Below, in pieces: positions 27,514 through 41,064 of a DNA stretch of 64,000 nucleotides (position 1 is its first letter; each line of letters begins with the position of its first letter). The stretch lies in the NCBI RefSeq assembly GCF_018350175.1, contig NC_058368.1, positions 75,332,001 through 75,396,000 on the forward strand, in the 5' to 3' direction. Origin of the DNA: Felis catus (taxonomy: Eukaryota). A model generated the notes under the pieces. That model saw only the letters and a list, made by a program, of their open reading frames with translations. It was not told where the DNA came from and searched no databases. The position numbers were made by a program, and so were the translations under genes.

Positions 27514-28021
27514 TGTTTCCATCAGTATCTCACCAAGAAAGCAGAGCCATTATAAGCATTTATAAATAAGGGAGTTGTTGGAAGTAGGCTTTACTCAGAA
27601 GTGGAAGGAGTTGGAGTGATAATGTCTGGAAAGAAGAGTGATTGGTCAGACCAGTTGGTAACGAGTTGTTGCAAAGCACTGTGATACGGTGGGTAGATAT
27701 TTAGGAACCTGAAGAAAAATCTGGGAAGTCAAAGGTGTTCAGCGAGTTCAGTGGCATCTTAAGGGAGAACTGGAGATGATGTGTGTGTAGAACTGTTACC
27801 TCCGTACCTGGTGGTGGTATTGGTGTCGCCCTCTATCTGCACGGGGAGCTGTCTGAAAGAGCTACACATGGAGAAGGTGGTAGTGACAGCAAAGAAAAGC
27901 TGAGCATCAGCACCTCTGTGTCCCACTAAAGAAACCGTCAGAGGATAATGACTGCTGATTTACTTCTGCCTTCCCAGCATTGCACAAACGTCCATTTCCG
28001 AAGAGTAGGGGCCAATAATCA
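27514..28021 (-). mobile_element. Putative 3' LTR of ERV-L element
   Basis: On the minus strand it starts TG directly after a purine tract (AGAGGTGGGA) downstream of the dUTPase remnant and ends CA; ~500 bp. Confidence 0.6.
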
Positions 28022-29150
28022 TCCCACCTCTGTCGGGTCCTTCATTAGTTTTTATCAGAGAACATTGGAAAATGAAAAGGGATTCCCCAAATACCCATCC
28101 CTCCCCCGATTTTTAGTAGCAATGCAATTTCCTTATGATAGTCATAGTTAATCACTTTAGCCAATATGAAAGCTCTTTTCTTTGCTTCTCAGTTTGGGAG
28201 TCCAAGAAGCCCACAGTGGCCAAGTGGCAGCCTAACCTTTTAATTGAATGGAATCATTACTGAGTCCCCCAGGAGGATTCCTCCTTTGGAAAATAATACC
28301 TCTCCACTCACAGAACCCAACTTTTCACGAGAAGGAGACAACATTTTTCTGACAAATCATCAGGGAGGACTACTGAGAGGAGCTACTCCCATTTTCCGCC
28401 CTTGATTACAAGATTATTAAAACCTGGGTATCAGAGAAATTTGGAGGAAATTATCCTAGGTCCATAACGTATTGCCATTCCATTGGCACTAATTGCGAAG
28501 TTGTCAAAAGTCCATCCTTTCGTTCTATGAGGACAGTAACTTCAGTGTAACACGGAACATAGTAAGACCAGTGAATTTTATGTGCCCAAGTCCACTCAAC
28601 ACGTTTTATTTGCAGGAAAATGAGTTACCTGGTCAAAAACAATGCTATGCTTAATATCATGACAATGAGCAATTCAGCTGTAAACTTATGGATGGCGATT
28701 TTGGCAGGTGCATTACAGACCGGGAAGGCAAATCTATATACAGAGCAAATATCTATTCCAGTGAGAACAGTCTTGCCCTTCACATGATAGAAAAAGTCTA
28801 ATGTAATCAGTCAGAGCAATGCAATCAGCTCAGCTGTCTTATTTAACTCAGGGAATGATGCCATCTTATAGGCTATTCCCCCCAGAAATTTTTGTCACCA
28901 AATTTCCAGTTGCATTTCTCCCAAGTTCTTGACAATCTTATCCAAATCATTAGCCTCTACCCATGTGTCAATATGGATCTGTGCTTTGCCCTTGTTTCTT
29001 TTTAGGCAAAACAAACAAGTTATATAGTCCAAAACTATGCCAAGTGGGAAGACTGCCCGTTCTTTACTCACCACCATGGTGAAACGTTGTGCCATGCTCC
29101 AACATATCTGGTAGAACCATCTGCATATGGGTCCTGAGTTCCTCTTTTTC
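28022..29150 (-). mobile_element. ERV-L (class III) internal remnant: RNase H, integrase, dUTPase; defective
   Basis: Minus-strand peptides ADGSTRYVG, RTWEKCNWKFGDKNFWG (RNase H); VLTGIDICSVYRFAFPVCNAPAK, HSIVFDQVTHF, HKIHWSYYVP, LIERKDGLL (integrase); GDSVMIPFN*KVRLPLGHCGLL...VINYDYHKEIALLL (dUTPase), all collinear with ERV-L pol. Confidence 0.93.
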
Positions 29151-29918
29151 AAAAAAAAAAAGTCTTCATTGAGACCATACTACTAACATGGTGTTTGTAT
29201 AACTGACATGTGCCTCAAATCGCAGTGTTCATTCACTATTACAACATAATAACAGAACACTGCAGTGTGCACCTAACTCTATGGCTTGGTGGATGAATGC
29301 TATCAAAATTTTGACTCTGCAACACGATGTTAAAAACATACAATTTTCAAACCCATTTCCTGGAGTCTCTGCGATCAACATTTTCTTCTGCACTCTTTAG
29401 TATGGATGTCTTTACTTTTCATTTAATTTGCTTCATTGACAAATAATCTCAAATTTTGAGTTGAAATTTAGGTTTGCCAGTGATAGATTTGCTCATGACC
29501 AAAATGTTATGGTCTTCATTACATTGCTTATAATAACTTCTTTTCATGGTCACTGTCTAAACCAAGTGGAAGAATGGCTTCAATTTTCTTTCTAAGAGGG
29601 AGGTCAAGTTATTAACCTGACCATTGTTTCCAGAGGGTGAAAGTCAGCCAACATCTGTCTTATACTTGTCTATTCACTGGGATCTGGAGAGAAAGGGAAT
29701 ATGAAAAAAATAAGTTTCTTGTGTTACAGGTGATATTCTTCAGAAAAGTTTATCATAACCTTTCAGTTAAGAATTTTATTTAATTTTCTAATGTAGTATG
29801 ATTTTTAAGGTTTCATACTCAAACTATTACTAATGATTAGTAAAAGTTCCATATATGTGTTATATTTAGGATTAAGTATTTTTCAATATACTTCTAAGTA
29901 TAGTAATAAGGGAAAAAT

Positions 29919-29920
29919 TA

Positions 29921-29967
<47 letters not shown>
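29919..29967. repeat. (GAAA)n microsatellite
   Basis: Perfect tandem array. Confidence 0.97.
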
Positions 29968-29969
<2 letters not shown>

Positions 29970-30263
29970 CTTTTGTTTATATTGATTTAACCAAGAGTTA
30001 CAGTGATTTTTACGTATTCATTATTATTATTATTTAAATTTTAGTTAGTTAATATACAGTGCTATATTGGTTTCAGAAGTAGATTTTGATTATATATTTC
30101 ACAAATCCTGGACAAGCTTTTTAAAATCATTAATTACTGATGGATTTAAATTTTTCTATTTTCCTTTCTCTAAATACTAGAACTAACATTATACTCATAT
30201 ACATCTAAAAGATTATATATGGTTAGATAAACATATGAAAGTGTAACTAATATGATACATTCA

Positions 30264-30311
<48 letters not shown>

Positions 30312-30959
30312 AACATCAACATTTTAAATCAAACATTTCCTAATTAGGAAAGACACTTTATAATACACGACATAATCATAAAATATATATTTTAGACATA
30401 TCTAAAATAGTTAAAATTTCAGGTTTATGAATATTCTTGAAACAGACATGCAATTTAGATTTTGACAGATAGTTTTTCAGAGCATTTTTCTAAATTAGAG
30501 GCAGCCAAATGTCATCTATTCATTTTATTAGGAGAATGAAACCAATAGGTAATCTAAAACCTGGCTTCAATCTTTAAAGTATTTAGACTCGTTTTTCATC
30601 AAATAGGAAAACTAGTTCACTGAATTTTACCATTTTTCATTTCCTTTCTACATGTAGATAGTAATGAATTCTGAAATAGTTAAATGATATGTGATTGAAA
30701 AGGGGCTAAAACAAAGATTAAAACATTAAAGAACCTGTTAGCTGAGTTATCTGCAGAGCACTGAAGATCAAAGATGGAATTAACATAAAACATCCCATGG
30801 TATCCATATAAGAATTTTAAAAAAATATTTCACCAGAAGAATAGAGCTGCTTTCTGGGGGGTTTATTTTGAAGAGTGAGTTTGGTAACAAGCAAAATTCA
30901 TTCAGTCTGTTTCTCCCTCTAATTTCTCTCTAGTTGAATCTACAAACAAAAATCATTCT

Positions 30960-31185
30960 TTTCTTTTTATATTTATGTTTTTTTATATTTATGTTTATAT
31001 ATTTACTTTGGTAGAGAGAGAGAGAGCTGGGGAGGGGCAGGGAGAGGTAAAGAGAGAATCCCAAGCAGGTTCTGCGCTGTCAGAACAGGGACCAACATAT
31101 GGCTCCATCCCATGAACCATGAGATCATGACCTGAGACAAAATCTAGAGTCAGACGCTTAACCGAATGAGCCACACAGGCATCCC
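30960..31185 (-). mobile_element. Older Can-SINE
   Basis: GAGAATCCCAAGCAGG...GAGATCATGACCTGAG...GAGCCACACAGGCATCCC. Confidence 0.9.
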
Positions 31186-32434
31186 AAATAATGTTTTATT
31201 GTAAGTATATACTATGTAAGATTTAGGACATACTTGCACGAAAGCATTTTTTGTTGTTTATTTGAAAGTCATATTGAATTAAATATCTTGTTTTGTTTTG
31301 CTAAAGCTGACCTATCCAGCCCATATTACATTCCTCTTTTCAGACCATCAGAAGTGTTTCTGAGAGTAAGGAAGTAGTTCTTCAATTATGCATGCCTAGA
31401 CTCCCTAACTGGATTGTTAAAATTTACTGGGTTCCTCTCATGGAAATTCTTTGGAAAGACCCATGAGAGAATCCACAGAACAAGAGTTTTCAACAGATAG
31501 AACATTTAAAATTCAGCAATTTTAGAAGGGCTGTCCTTCGTAGACAAAGAGGCTCTAATTTGTACATGTGAAAAAAAAATGTTTTATGCTAAGTTATAAA
31601 TATTTCCAATGCCTTTCCATTTCATTCAGTTTTCAAGGAAGCAGAACAGCGTTAGACAGAAGCCATTTTGATCAATATGGTAAGAGGATCAAAGCTAAAT
31701 ATTCTGTGTGGAGATTGAACCCCTAACTGTATGGATTGGTATCTCCTGATAACCAAACCCACTAGCTTCCCAGACAAGATTATTAACAGTTGAAGGGTTA
31801 AAATTTAGCACATTCAATAAATTATGATCAGAAGTAAAGAGGTGAGGTCATTCTGTTAACATGATGGCAGGTTTTTTTTTCTATAAAACTGGATTATTAA
31901 TTCAGTGGCAATATAATAATCATGTTTATTTTATTATCGTAACCCAAATCATTTTTCTTTGACCATTATGTAGTTTTCTCTCAGGATCATTCTGAAAAGT
32001 GATCATTTTATATTTCTACTGGCTTTGATGGTTTTCTTCTGCATTTATTACTTAAAATGCTTCCTAAATATAGAAAAGATACCTTCTACAGTATAATTAT
32101 CTGGGATGTCTTATATAAATGGTCTTAAAATAGACCTCCAGTATGACAGTCTTTTAATGCTTTCTTTTCAACTTTTCATAGAACATGTTATGTGGAAATT
32201 TTCTTTTTATAATTAATTATGCCTTCATGATAAAAACCATACAGACAGCTAAAAACAAGCAGAATTTCTGATGAATTCCTTGAATCATGCAGACTCAGTT
32301 TTTCTTTGTTAAAATAAAATGTGTTTCAGTAAATAGACTTTTCCTAAAATATCTTTTATTTATGGATTGTTTACAAATTTTTCTTGAGTAACAAACATTT
32401 TGAAGGTTGAGAAGCTACCCATTCTAACTTAAAA

Positions 32435-32621
32435 AAATGTTTTTTTAAGTTTATTTATTTTGAGAGAGAGATTAAGAGAGAGGGAGAATAGGAGAGGGAG
32501 AGAATCCCAAGATTCTCTTACACTATGGGCCATGATGGGCTAGAACCCACAAACCCTGAGATCATGACCTCAGAAGAAATCAAGAGTCTGACACTTGACC
32601 AGCTGAGCCACCCAGGCACCC
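32435..32621 (-). mobile_element. Older Can-SINE
   Basis: Antisense body; partial TSD CATTCTAA. Confidence 0.9.
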
Positions 32622-32789
32622 GACACATTCTAATTTTTAATAATGCTTATTCAATAGCCACTTAGTTATTAACCATTGCATAATAGATATGGCATACAAT
32701 CTAAGTAATTCCTTATATTAAATTCCACAGGTTAAGGATGGAATGAACATTGCATGAAGGGCTTCTCTTATTTGATTATGAGGATATAT

Positions 32790-33215
32790 TTAAGGAGCAA
32801 AGAGCACACTGGCTTTAAAGTCTGACAATACTGTGTTTAATTCATAGCTTTCTCTTGATTTGGGGATACTTAACCGAATCTTTCCGGGATTCAGTTTTCT
32901 TTCTCTCTTTTTTTAAAGTTTATTTATTTTGAAAGAGAGGGAGGGAGGGGCAGAAAGAGAGGGAGAGTGAGAATCCCAAGCAGGCTCCGTGCTGTCAGCA
33001 CAGAGCCCGATGTAGGGTTCAATCCCAGGAGCCGTGCCGAAATGATCTGAGCCAAAATCAAGAGTTGGACACTTAACTGACTGAGCCACCCAAGACCCCC
33101 ATGGGATTCAGTTTTCTCACCCCTGAAATGGCAGTAATAGACAATTTCAATATTTACTCTAAAGATTAAGGTAATTAAAAGTATTAAGTGGAGCCACAGA
33201 TACCCAATAAATAGT
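32790..33215 (+). mobile_element. MIR interrupted by antisense Can-SINE (32901-33100)
   Basis: AGAGCACACTGGCTTTAAAGTCTGACA...ACTTAACC...TCAGTTTTCTCACCCCTGAAATGG; SINE TSD GGGATTCAGTTTTCT at 32886-32900 and 33103-33117. Confidence 0.88.
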
Positions 33216-33889
33216 GGTAATAACTACACCCAAGCCTCAGTCCCCTTTAGGGATGTTTTAATGGACACCTTTCTAATCTATCAGAAAATAGGTCAAAATG
33301 AACCAAATGAAAATCTCTTTATAACACTGAAAATCCAGCAGTCATTTATGGAGCTGGAACTGAAAGTCCTACAGTACACCAGGGTCCAGATTAATTATTT
33401 GTACTCTTCTGTGTGTATGAGGCTATGTTTAGATGTTTGGGAAATATATATTTATATATCAACATTTATATATATCTTACAGCAGAATGACCTACTATTA
33501 TAAACTGAGAGGCCTCTTCCAACCAAACTGATTCATTTCCCTTTCTCTTTCTAAAAGAAATCTACCATTATTGGTGCCTCCTAGAACTTCAGCCAATTTT
33601 CTCTCTGTGCCATCTATTTAGAGAACTTGAGTTTCCAGAGATCCCAGAGAGTAGAGTGGATGATTTTAACGTCTCTCTTATTTTAGAATAATGGCCAATC
33701 AAATATAAAATCCCACCCTTCGGATTACAAGAAATGGAGCAACATAGATATGATTTCAAGGAGATACAGGTAAAATTGCACTTAGGTCCTGGGTGTAGTT
33801 CCTATTTTTAATAATTTAGGCATTTTATTCAATTGCATCTAATTTACTGTCAGTAGAGACTGAGTATTGATTTGCTCTGAAACAACTCC

Positions 33890-35529
33890 TTCCATCATTT
33901 CATTGTGGTTTAGGTTTGTACTTCCTTAATGACTAATGCTAGTACTAATGAACATCTTTTTGCTTGCTTATTGGCCATTTGTATACCTTCATTTGGAGAA
34001 ATATGTATTCCAATCCCTGGGCCATTTTTACATGGGTTCTTTGTCTTTTAGTTGTTGGCTTATAAGTATTCTTTGTATTTTCTGGGTACTACACCATTAT
34101 TAAGTAGATGATTTGCAACTATTTTATCACAATCTGTGGTCTGTATTTTCACTTTTTTGTTCTCTTAAGGAAAAAATATATTAATTTTGATAAAATCCAA
34201 TTCACCTATTTTCTTTTGTGATTTCTTATGCTTTCGGTATCATATTTAAAACAAGGTCACTCTGATTTTTATCTACTTATCTTACTAAGGGTCTTATAGC
34301 TTTAGCACTTATATTTACGTCTTTGCTCTTTTCTGAATTATTTTGTTGCATAGCGTGTGAGATAAGGCTTTAAATTCATTATTTTCCATGTGGCTACCTA
34401 GAAAAAGTTTGCTATTTGTCCAGCATTAATGGAGCAACTTCAGCTCTTTCAACTACTGCCTTTATGAAAGCTATGTTTTGCTTTGGATTGATTTGCCTTT
34501 TTATGAAATCTATTTGTATCTTTGAATATAAAGTAAGCCTTTTATAGACAGTATAGTTGAATCGTAGTTTTATATTCATTTTGTCACTCCCTGCCTTTTA
34601 ATTGGAGTGACATCTATTTATATTTACTTATAAGTAAGCACTTACTTTTGCAAATTTGCCATTTATTTTCTATATATCTTATGTCTTATGTTCCTCATTT
34701 CTTTCATTAGTGCTTTCTTTTGTACGAAATACATATTTTCTAGTGTACTATTTGAATTCCTTTGCAATTTCTTTTACTATATTTTTTAGTGGTTTCTCTG
34801 GGAACTGACATCTTAGTTAATATCTAATTAGCATCTAAATTTAAAACTATCTAGTGTCGACTAATATCAAGTTAATAACATATATGCCATCTTAAGGTCA
34901 TATCTATTTATCTATCGACCTACCTACCTACCTACTACCTATCTCCTCTCATCATTATTTATTATTGCCACCGATTAAATCTTTACATATTATGTGTGCA
35001 TCAGCCCAGATTTGTAATTACTGTTTTATGTAGTTGTCTGTTAAATAAGATAGGAATAAAAGCTGTCACAAGCAAAAAATACATTTGTGTTGTCTCTTAT
35101 TTTTCCCTATGTATTTACCTTTTCCCAGTATTTTCTATCTCTTTGTGCAGAATTGAGCCACCATATACAATCATTTAATTTTAGGATGACAGACCCCCTG
35201 TAGTCCTTGTACTGTAGTGCAGGTATGGTGTCCATGAACTTTCTCAGTTTTTGTCTGCATAGGAATGTCTTATTTTCTCTTTCAGTATTGAAGAATATTT
35301 TATAGGATAAAGAATTCTTGGTTGAAAGCTATTTCTTTTTTCAGAACTTGAATATGTCATCTCACTTCCTCCTGGCGTCATATTTTCTGGTGAGAAATCC
35401 ATTGTTAATCTTGTTAAGGATCCCTTATAATTGATGAGTCACTTCTGAGTTGCTACTTTTGGAATTCTGTGAATTTGGATTTGAGGGTATTTTTTAAAAA
35501 ATTACTACATATATGTATATACACACACA

Positions 35530-35571
<42 letters not shown>

Positions 35572-37400
35572 GAGAGAGAGAGAGAGAGAATCCTAAGTAG
35601 GTTCCACACTGACATCATGGAGTCCACTATGGGCTCGATCCCATGAACCATGAGATCATGACCTGAGCCAAAACCAAGAGTTGGACGCCCAACAAACTGA
35701 GCTATCTAAGCTCCCTGAGCTTTTTTTAAGTGTTTCCATAAGTGGATATGTTTCATTTTATCCTGTTTGGAGTTCATTTAGATTATTGGATTTGTAGATT
35801 CGAATTTGTCATCAACTTTGGAATTATTCAGTTAGGTATTATTTCTCCTTTCTTTCACTGTTCTCTTCTTTCTTTTGGGGACTCCCATGACACGTGTTGG
35901 AAATCTTGTTGATGTTCCACTAGACTCTAAGCCCTCTGTTCATTTCCCTTCATTTATTTTTTATTCTGTTCCTCAGACTGGATAATATCAATTGACCTGT
36001 CTTCATGCTTGCTGATTGTTTCTTTTATCTGTTCACTTCTGCTCTTGAGATTTTCTAGTGAATTTTTTTTTTGTTTCAGCTATTGTATTTTCACCTCCAA
36101 AATTTCTATTTTGTGCCTCTTTTCAATAGTATCTATTTTGATTGAAATTCTCAGTTTGATGAAATATCATTCTCATACTTTCTTTTAGATTGGTCTAAAA
36201 CTAGCTCCTTCTAATATTTAAAATAGCTGATTTGAAGTCTGTCACAAAAGTACAATGCCTGGGCTTTCTCTAGCACTGTTCTTATTGATTTATGTTTTCC
36301 TGTATAAGGGCCATATGGTCTTGTTTGTTTTTATGTCTTGAAAATTTTTGTTTAAAAGAGCCTTTTTGAATATTATAATATGGCAACCCTGGAAATCAGA
36401 CTCTCTCCCCTCCCCAAGATTTATTGTTGTTGATGATTATTTTAGATGTTGTTTGTTTGGTTAGTGATTTTTCTAAGCTGACTCTGTAATGTCTGTATTC
36501 TTTGTCATTGTAGTCGCAGAAGTTTCTCTTCCATTGGCTTAGAAGTTAGTCATACATTGGATAGTGAGTTTCTTAAATGCCTAGAACCAAAAAATAAAAA
36601 ATAAAAATAAATAAAAATATTCCAGTCTTTGCCTATGGTTCTGTGTATGTATTGAAGCCCGGCTTCCATATTCAGCCAGGCAGTTGCCAATTCTTTCTTT
36701 GTCTTTATTTCCTTTATCCACACAGTGTTGAGGTCAGCTGGAAGTTTCCCCTGACCATGTTCAAAGCCTTGAACATGTGCGTGATCTTTTAGATCCCCAG
36801 AAATAGTGTGTGTGTGTGGGGGGGGGGGTTGAGATCTATGTATGTATCGTTCCCCAGCCTTTCCTCTATGATTTTTTTTTGTCATTGTTGTCAGTCTGCT
36901 GTCTGTAACAATTGTTGTCTATTGCCTTAGGCAGCAGCAACCTAATAAATTAGCCGGTAAATATTTTTTGACAAACTTCCCTGGGAAGCAGTTTTAGCAC
37001 TCAGCCAGTCTTGAGTTGGGTGAAGTAGACAGTCAGAGACAATTTCTGCCTTTCTTCCATGTAACTATCTGACAGGTCAGAACAAGACAGGTCACAGGTT
37101 TTTTGGGAACGAGGTCTGCTTGCTCCCTCTGGTATCCTTTGCACACTGCCCTTTTCACACGTACTGCTGAGTTGGGGAATGTAGGATGGGACTTCTGTAA
37201 GTGAAAATGCCACAAAGTTCACTGTTTTCACTGTGAATAAATCACCTTTTTCCCAATAAGCTCTCTCTGTAAGGTGAACCATTTCCAGAGTTCCGAAAAA
37301 AGCTGATTTAGATATTGTTTTGCCTTTTTTTTTGATGCTTCTGTGGAGGGGTGTCTTCTGTCACTCCAATTCAACACTTTCCATCCATTACTATCCCGTT
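33890..37400 (-). mobile_element. Old L1 (L1MC/MD-like) retaining 5' UTR, ORF1, start of ORF2 and a late-ORF2 piece; most of ORF2 deleted
   Basis: Late ORF2 (GCTTATTGGCCATTTGTATACCTTC, 33890-34400), early ORF2 (TTTTATAGACAGTATAGTTGAATC), ORF1 (GGATAAAGAATTCTTGGTTGA; TCCTCAGACTGGATAATATCAATTGACCTGTCTTCA), 5' UTR (ATGGCAACCCTGGAAATCAGA). Confidence 0.85.
35490..35715 (-). mobile_element. Older Can-SINE with (CA)n(TG)n(GA)n expansion
   Basis: GAGAATCCTAAGTAGG...GAGATCATGACCTGAGCC. Confidence 0.88.
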
Positions 37401-37964
37401 GTTTACTTCCTTCCTTGTCGGGTTTAAAATCCATGAGCCATTATTTTCTTGCCATTCCTACCTAACCACTAAGCTATCCCTCGCAATTGTAAAAGCACCT
37501 ATCTAGCAAACGCCCAGTGCTAGATGAACTTCCTTCTCTGATGCCTACTAATCAATGTCTGAGACATGGAACAATAATGAAGTGAGTCCCAGTATGGAAG
37601 TTGTCTTCCTCTCATTGAATAAAAACTGTCCCACCTCTTCCTGCTATTTAAGGCCAATTACCCATGCCTTGATTGTGACTCTGCTTCTCCATAGGCACAG
37701 GGACAAATGGCTGCTACGAAGGTACTTTGCATGCCCATTTCTCTTAGATTCATATTTTTTTATTCCTCTACCTACTGGTGGGCATTCTCCTTTCATTTTG
37801 TCTCTTTTGTCTGTGATATAAGAATGGAGACTTCTCCAGAAGAGGCACACTGGTTAAAATTCAAATTTCAAATATAGGACATAGAAGCTGAAAATTAATA
37901 ATCATGCTACGTCAGGTGGTCAAAGCCACCGTGGACCCTAATAAATACAAGAAGTACTTTGTCA

Positions 37965-38310
37965 TATGTGTTAGGAACGTATTGTGGCAAGGAACTGAAT
38001 CTATTCAATATTTTACAAGAGAAAAGGAATTAATTGGAAGGTTTTGTGAGAACTTTGAAGAGAGGAAGGAAGGAAAATGCAGGTTAGCCTAGAAAGAAAT
38101 TGGATCCAGGAATTGATGAGTCGCGTGCCAGTTTATTGCTGCATTGTTTTCCCTTATAGCGCTGGCATTCTCTCCTTTACCACGCTTATGGTGTCCCGAC
38201 TCTAAGTCCATATGAGTTCCAATGCAACTGTTAGCAAAAGCCACCGTGATGTCTGTGACCTAAACACAAATTCCAGTGAGAAAGAATCCTACCTGCCTGA
38301 TGGAGACGCT
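37965..38310 (-). mobile_element. Old MaLR LTR (MLT1K/L-like)
   Basis: GTTAGGAACGTATTGTGGCAAGGAACTGAA...AAAAGGAATTAATTGGAAGG...AAATTCCAGTGAGAAAGAATC. Confidence 0.6.
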
Positions 38311-38729
38311 TTCTAAACCCAGGATATTCATATACCCTGTCATTCATTTGATTAATCATTCACGGTGGCGCTATTTTGTTTGTTTGTTTGTTTGCCTTCT
38401 ACATGCCAACTTCTGTTTTAAGCACTAGGAAAGAGCAGTGGCATGAAGCTGCAGGTGCCATGAATTCTGTATTATTTAGGTTTTGGGGTCAACTCCAGAG
38501 CGTCATGGGCCCAGGCAGTGCACGTCTTGCAATCTGATTTTATGAGGGGTATTATGCATGCATAGGACTGAGTGTCGAGTCTCAGAATGGGATCTGTGTG
38601 GTGTCAGGTACCCTAAAAAGGGAAGCATATACCCCGTTACTACTCTAGAGTCAAAGGCATTAAGGTACATGTAAGCTACATTTTGTTTTGTTTGCTTGTT
38701 GTTACTGTTGTTGTTTTCGCCCCATGAGT

Positions 38730-38851
38730 AACTGTCAGTGCAGAGCCCGATGCGGGGCTGGAACTCACAAACCATGAGATCATGACCTGAGCCCAAACCA
38801 AGAGTCAGATGCTTAACAAACTGAGCCCCATGTTATTAGGGGAGGTGCCCC
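38730..38851 (-). mobile_element. Can-SINE 5' fragment
   Basis: CTGTCAGTGCAGAGCCCGATGCGGGGCT...GAGATCATGACCTGAGCC; 3' half absent. Confidence 0.88.
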
Positions 38852-39739
38852 CACATTATTAGGGGAAGATTTTAAAAATTTGGATATATTAACACATTAA
38901 CAAGTAGTTCTTGGTTTCATGTTAAATAATTGTTTGCCTCTTCAACCTTTGAAATGATCACATTTTTTGGACCAGTGTCTAGGTCGGGGGAGTTTCATCT
39001 GTCTTTAAGGATAGCAGTTTTGTTTTATTCGCCCTTATGGTAATTGAAGGTCATGGGAAAAGCAACCAATGATAGTTATTTGAAGAAGATGATAAAGCTG
39101 TGGTTGTGGACAAACTGATGGAGTCCATATCATTTCCTTTCTTTAAGCTAGACATAAAGAACATTCACATCTTTCCCCAGGTAAGCAAGGTCTGACATCG
39201 TGACTTCGAAACATTATCCCTCCAGCCTTTCAGCTCTCTCCACGTTGATCAGAGAAATCATTTCATCTAGATAATGCACAAAAGAAATCAATGGGCATTT
39301 TTGTCTGGATGGCTTTACCGGTTCAAGAAGATTGGAAAAGAGATAATAATGTGTTTGGTTGACTTAAATTAAAAACATTTTCTTCTCATAAACAGTAATG
39401 TTCACTTTTGTCTTACTTCTACTGAGAGTGAGTGTGGCTTGTCTTCTGTTCCTGATTTTAATAACATTTCTATTCTGAGCTTATACTTCACATATTTCTA
39501 GTATTTTCAATTCCTAGTTCACATTGCTTTATATTTTTCATGTGTTTAAGATTTTTTATATTAAAAATGTGACTATTTCCAATTAGATGTGTAATTTATG
39601 TATAATATATATTATGTGCAATATATTTAAACATTTACATAGTGTATTAACTGCATATGCATAATGTACATGTAATGTGTGTATTGTGTGTGTGTGTGTG
39701 TGTGTGTGTATATTTATGTTTATAAGCAGCTCTTGAAAT

Positions 39740-40138
39740 ATCTGCACACTCTCCATTGTCTATATTTTGGGTGACATTCATCCCAAGCATGAATGTGTGA
39801 CTCAAAACAGGCCAGTTAGAACATAACATGACTTTAGCCTCTAGTTCAAGGTTTGGCACATGTTCTAGGTTGGTACCATTGAAATAAACTGTGTTGAATT
39901 CTACATTAGATAAATATTCATTTTCTACTCAGCTTAACGCAGGAAACGTATAGCCATTTTGAGCCCACAGAGAGCCTGAGAATTCAGTTAACCGGAGTGA
40001 GAACAGCCCCATTTGATGATGTCTATTGAGTTAGAAGCCAGATACATCCTAGTTTTTTCAGTTACATAAACTAATAAGGGAAACTTGTGCACGTGAGTTT
40101 TCTGCCATTTATTTCTGAAACGTCCCTAAGTGATAAAA
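39740..40138 (+). mobile_element. Old MaLR LTR (MLT1J/K-like)
   Basis: 3' end TTTTTCAGTTACATAAACTAATAA...GAGTTTTCTGCCATTT...GTCCCTAAGTGATA. Confidence 0.65.
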
Positions 40139-40315
40139 TCAATCACACCTTGACAGCATCTAAACAAAAGTTATTGATATGTTTGTTAATGTTCATCAAA
40201 TCTACTTTGTATACTCTGTGTATCCAACTGATTTTCTTGAAATGATTCTATCAAGGATTTTCTATCTATTCTATGGTTACTAAAATGTCTGAGTTGTTAG
40301 TTTTTTTTGTTTTGT

Positions 40316-40348
<33 letters not shown>

Positions 40349-41021
40349 CTTTTCTTTTCTTTTCTTTTCCGAGATTCAAGTTGGACTTCACTTCAACAAA
40401 TTATTTATCAGATTGATTAAATGACCATTCATGCTATGGAAGTCTCAACGAATTCAAACACCATTGATTATAAAGGATATCATTATTTTATATACTTCCA
40501 AAAATGTAGGCCACTTTCAATGTCGAACCCGCTGACTTCAGATAATTTCATATTCAGAAATGTTAAAAATGAGACATTCAACGATGTTCTTTTCCTTTGG
40601 AACGCCGTCTATGCCATTTCTTTCTTCTTTCTAACTAATCATATACAAATTGTATTGACAGTTTTGAGAAATGTAAACTGAGAGCACTTTGTGAGAGGTA
40701 GTAGGGCAGAATTGTGCCAAGTGTTTACACGATGGTCTACATTCTGGCTAGACTGAAGTGACGGTGTGATTCCAGAGGATTGAGAAGGAACTGGCATTTC
40801 TCTTCCGGGTTATTCTCCTTCCAGGAGTCCGAAGTCATACATGGGAGAACTAACAATGCAAGACAATCTAAACATTGATTTCATAGCAAGACTTGAGCCT
40901 CATAACCTGATCTAACTTAATCATCGAATAAATTAGCTGGAAATGAGTATAAGGCTTCTTTCCTAAGTGAACTATTAAAAAAAAAAAGTGTATAAGCCCT
41001 CCCTGTCTCTACTCTTCCTAG

Positions 41022-41064
<43 letters not shown>

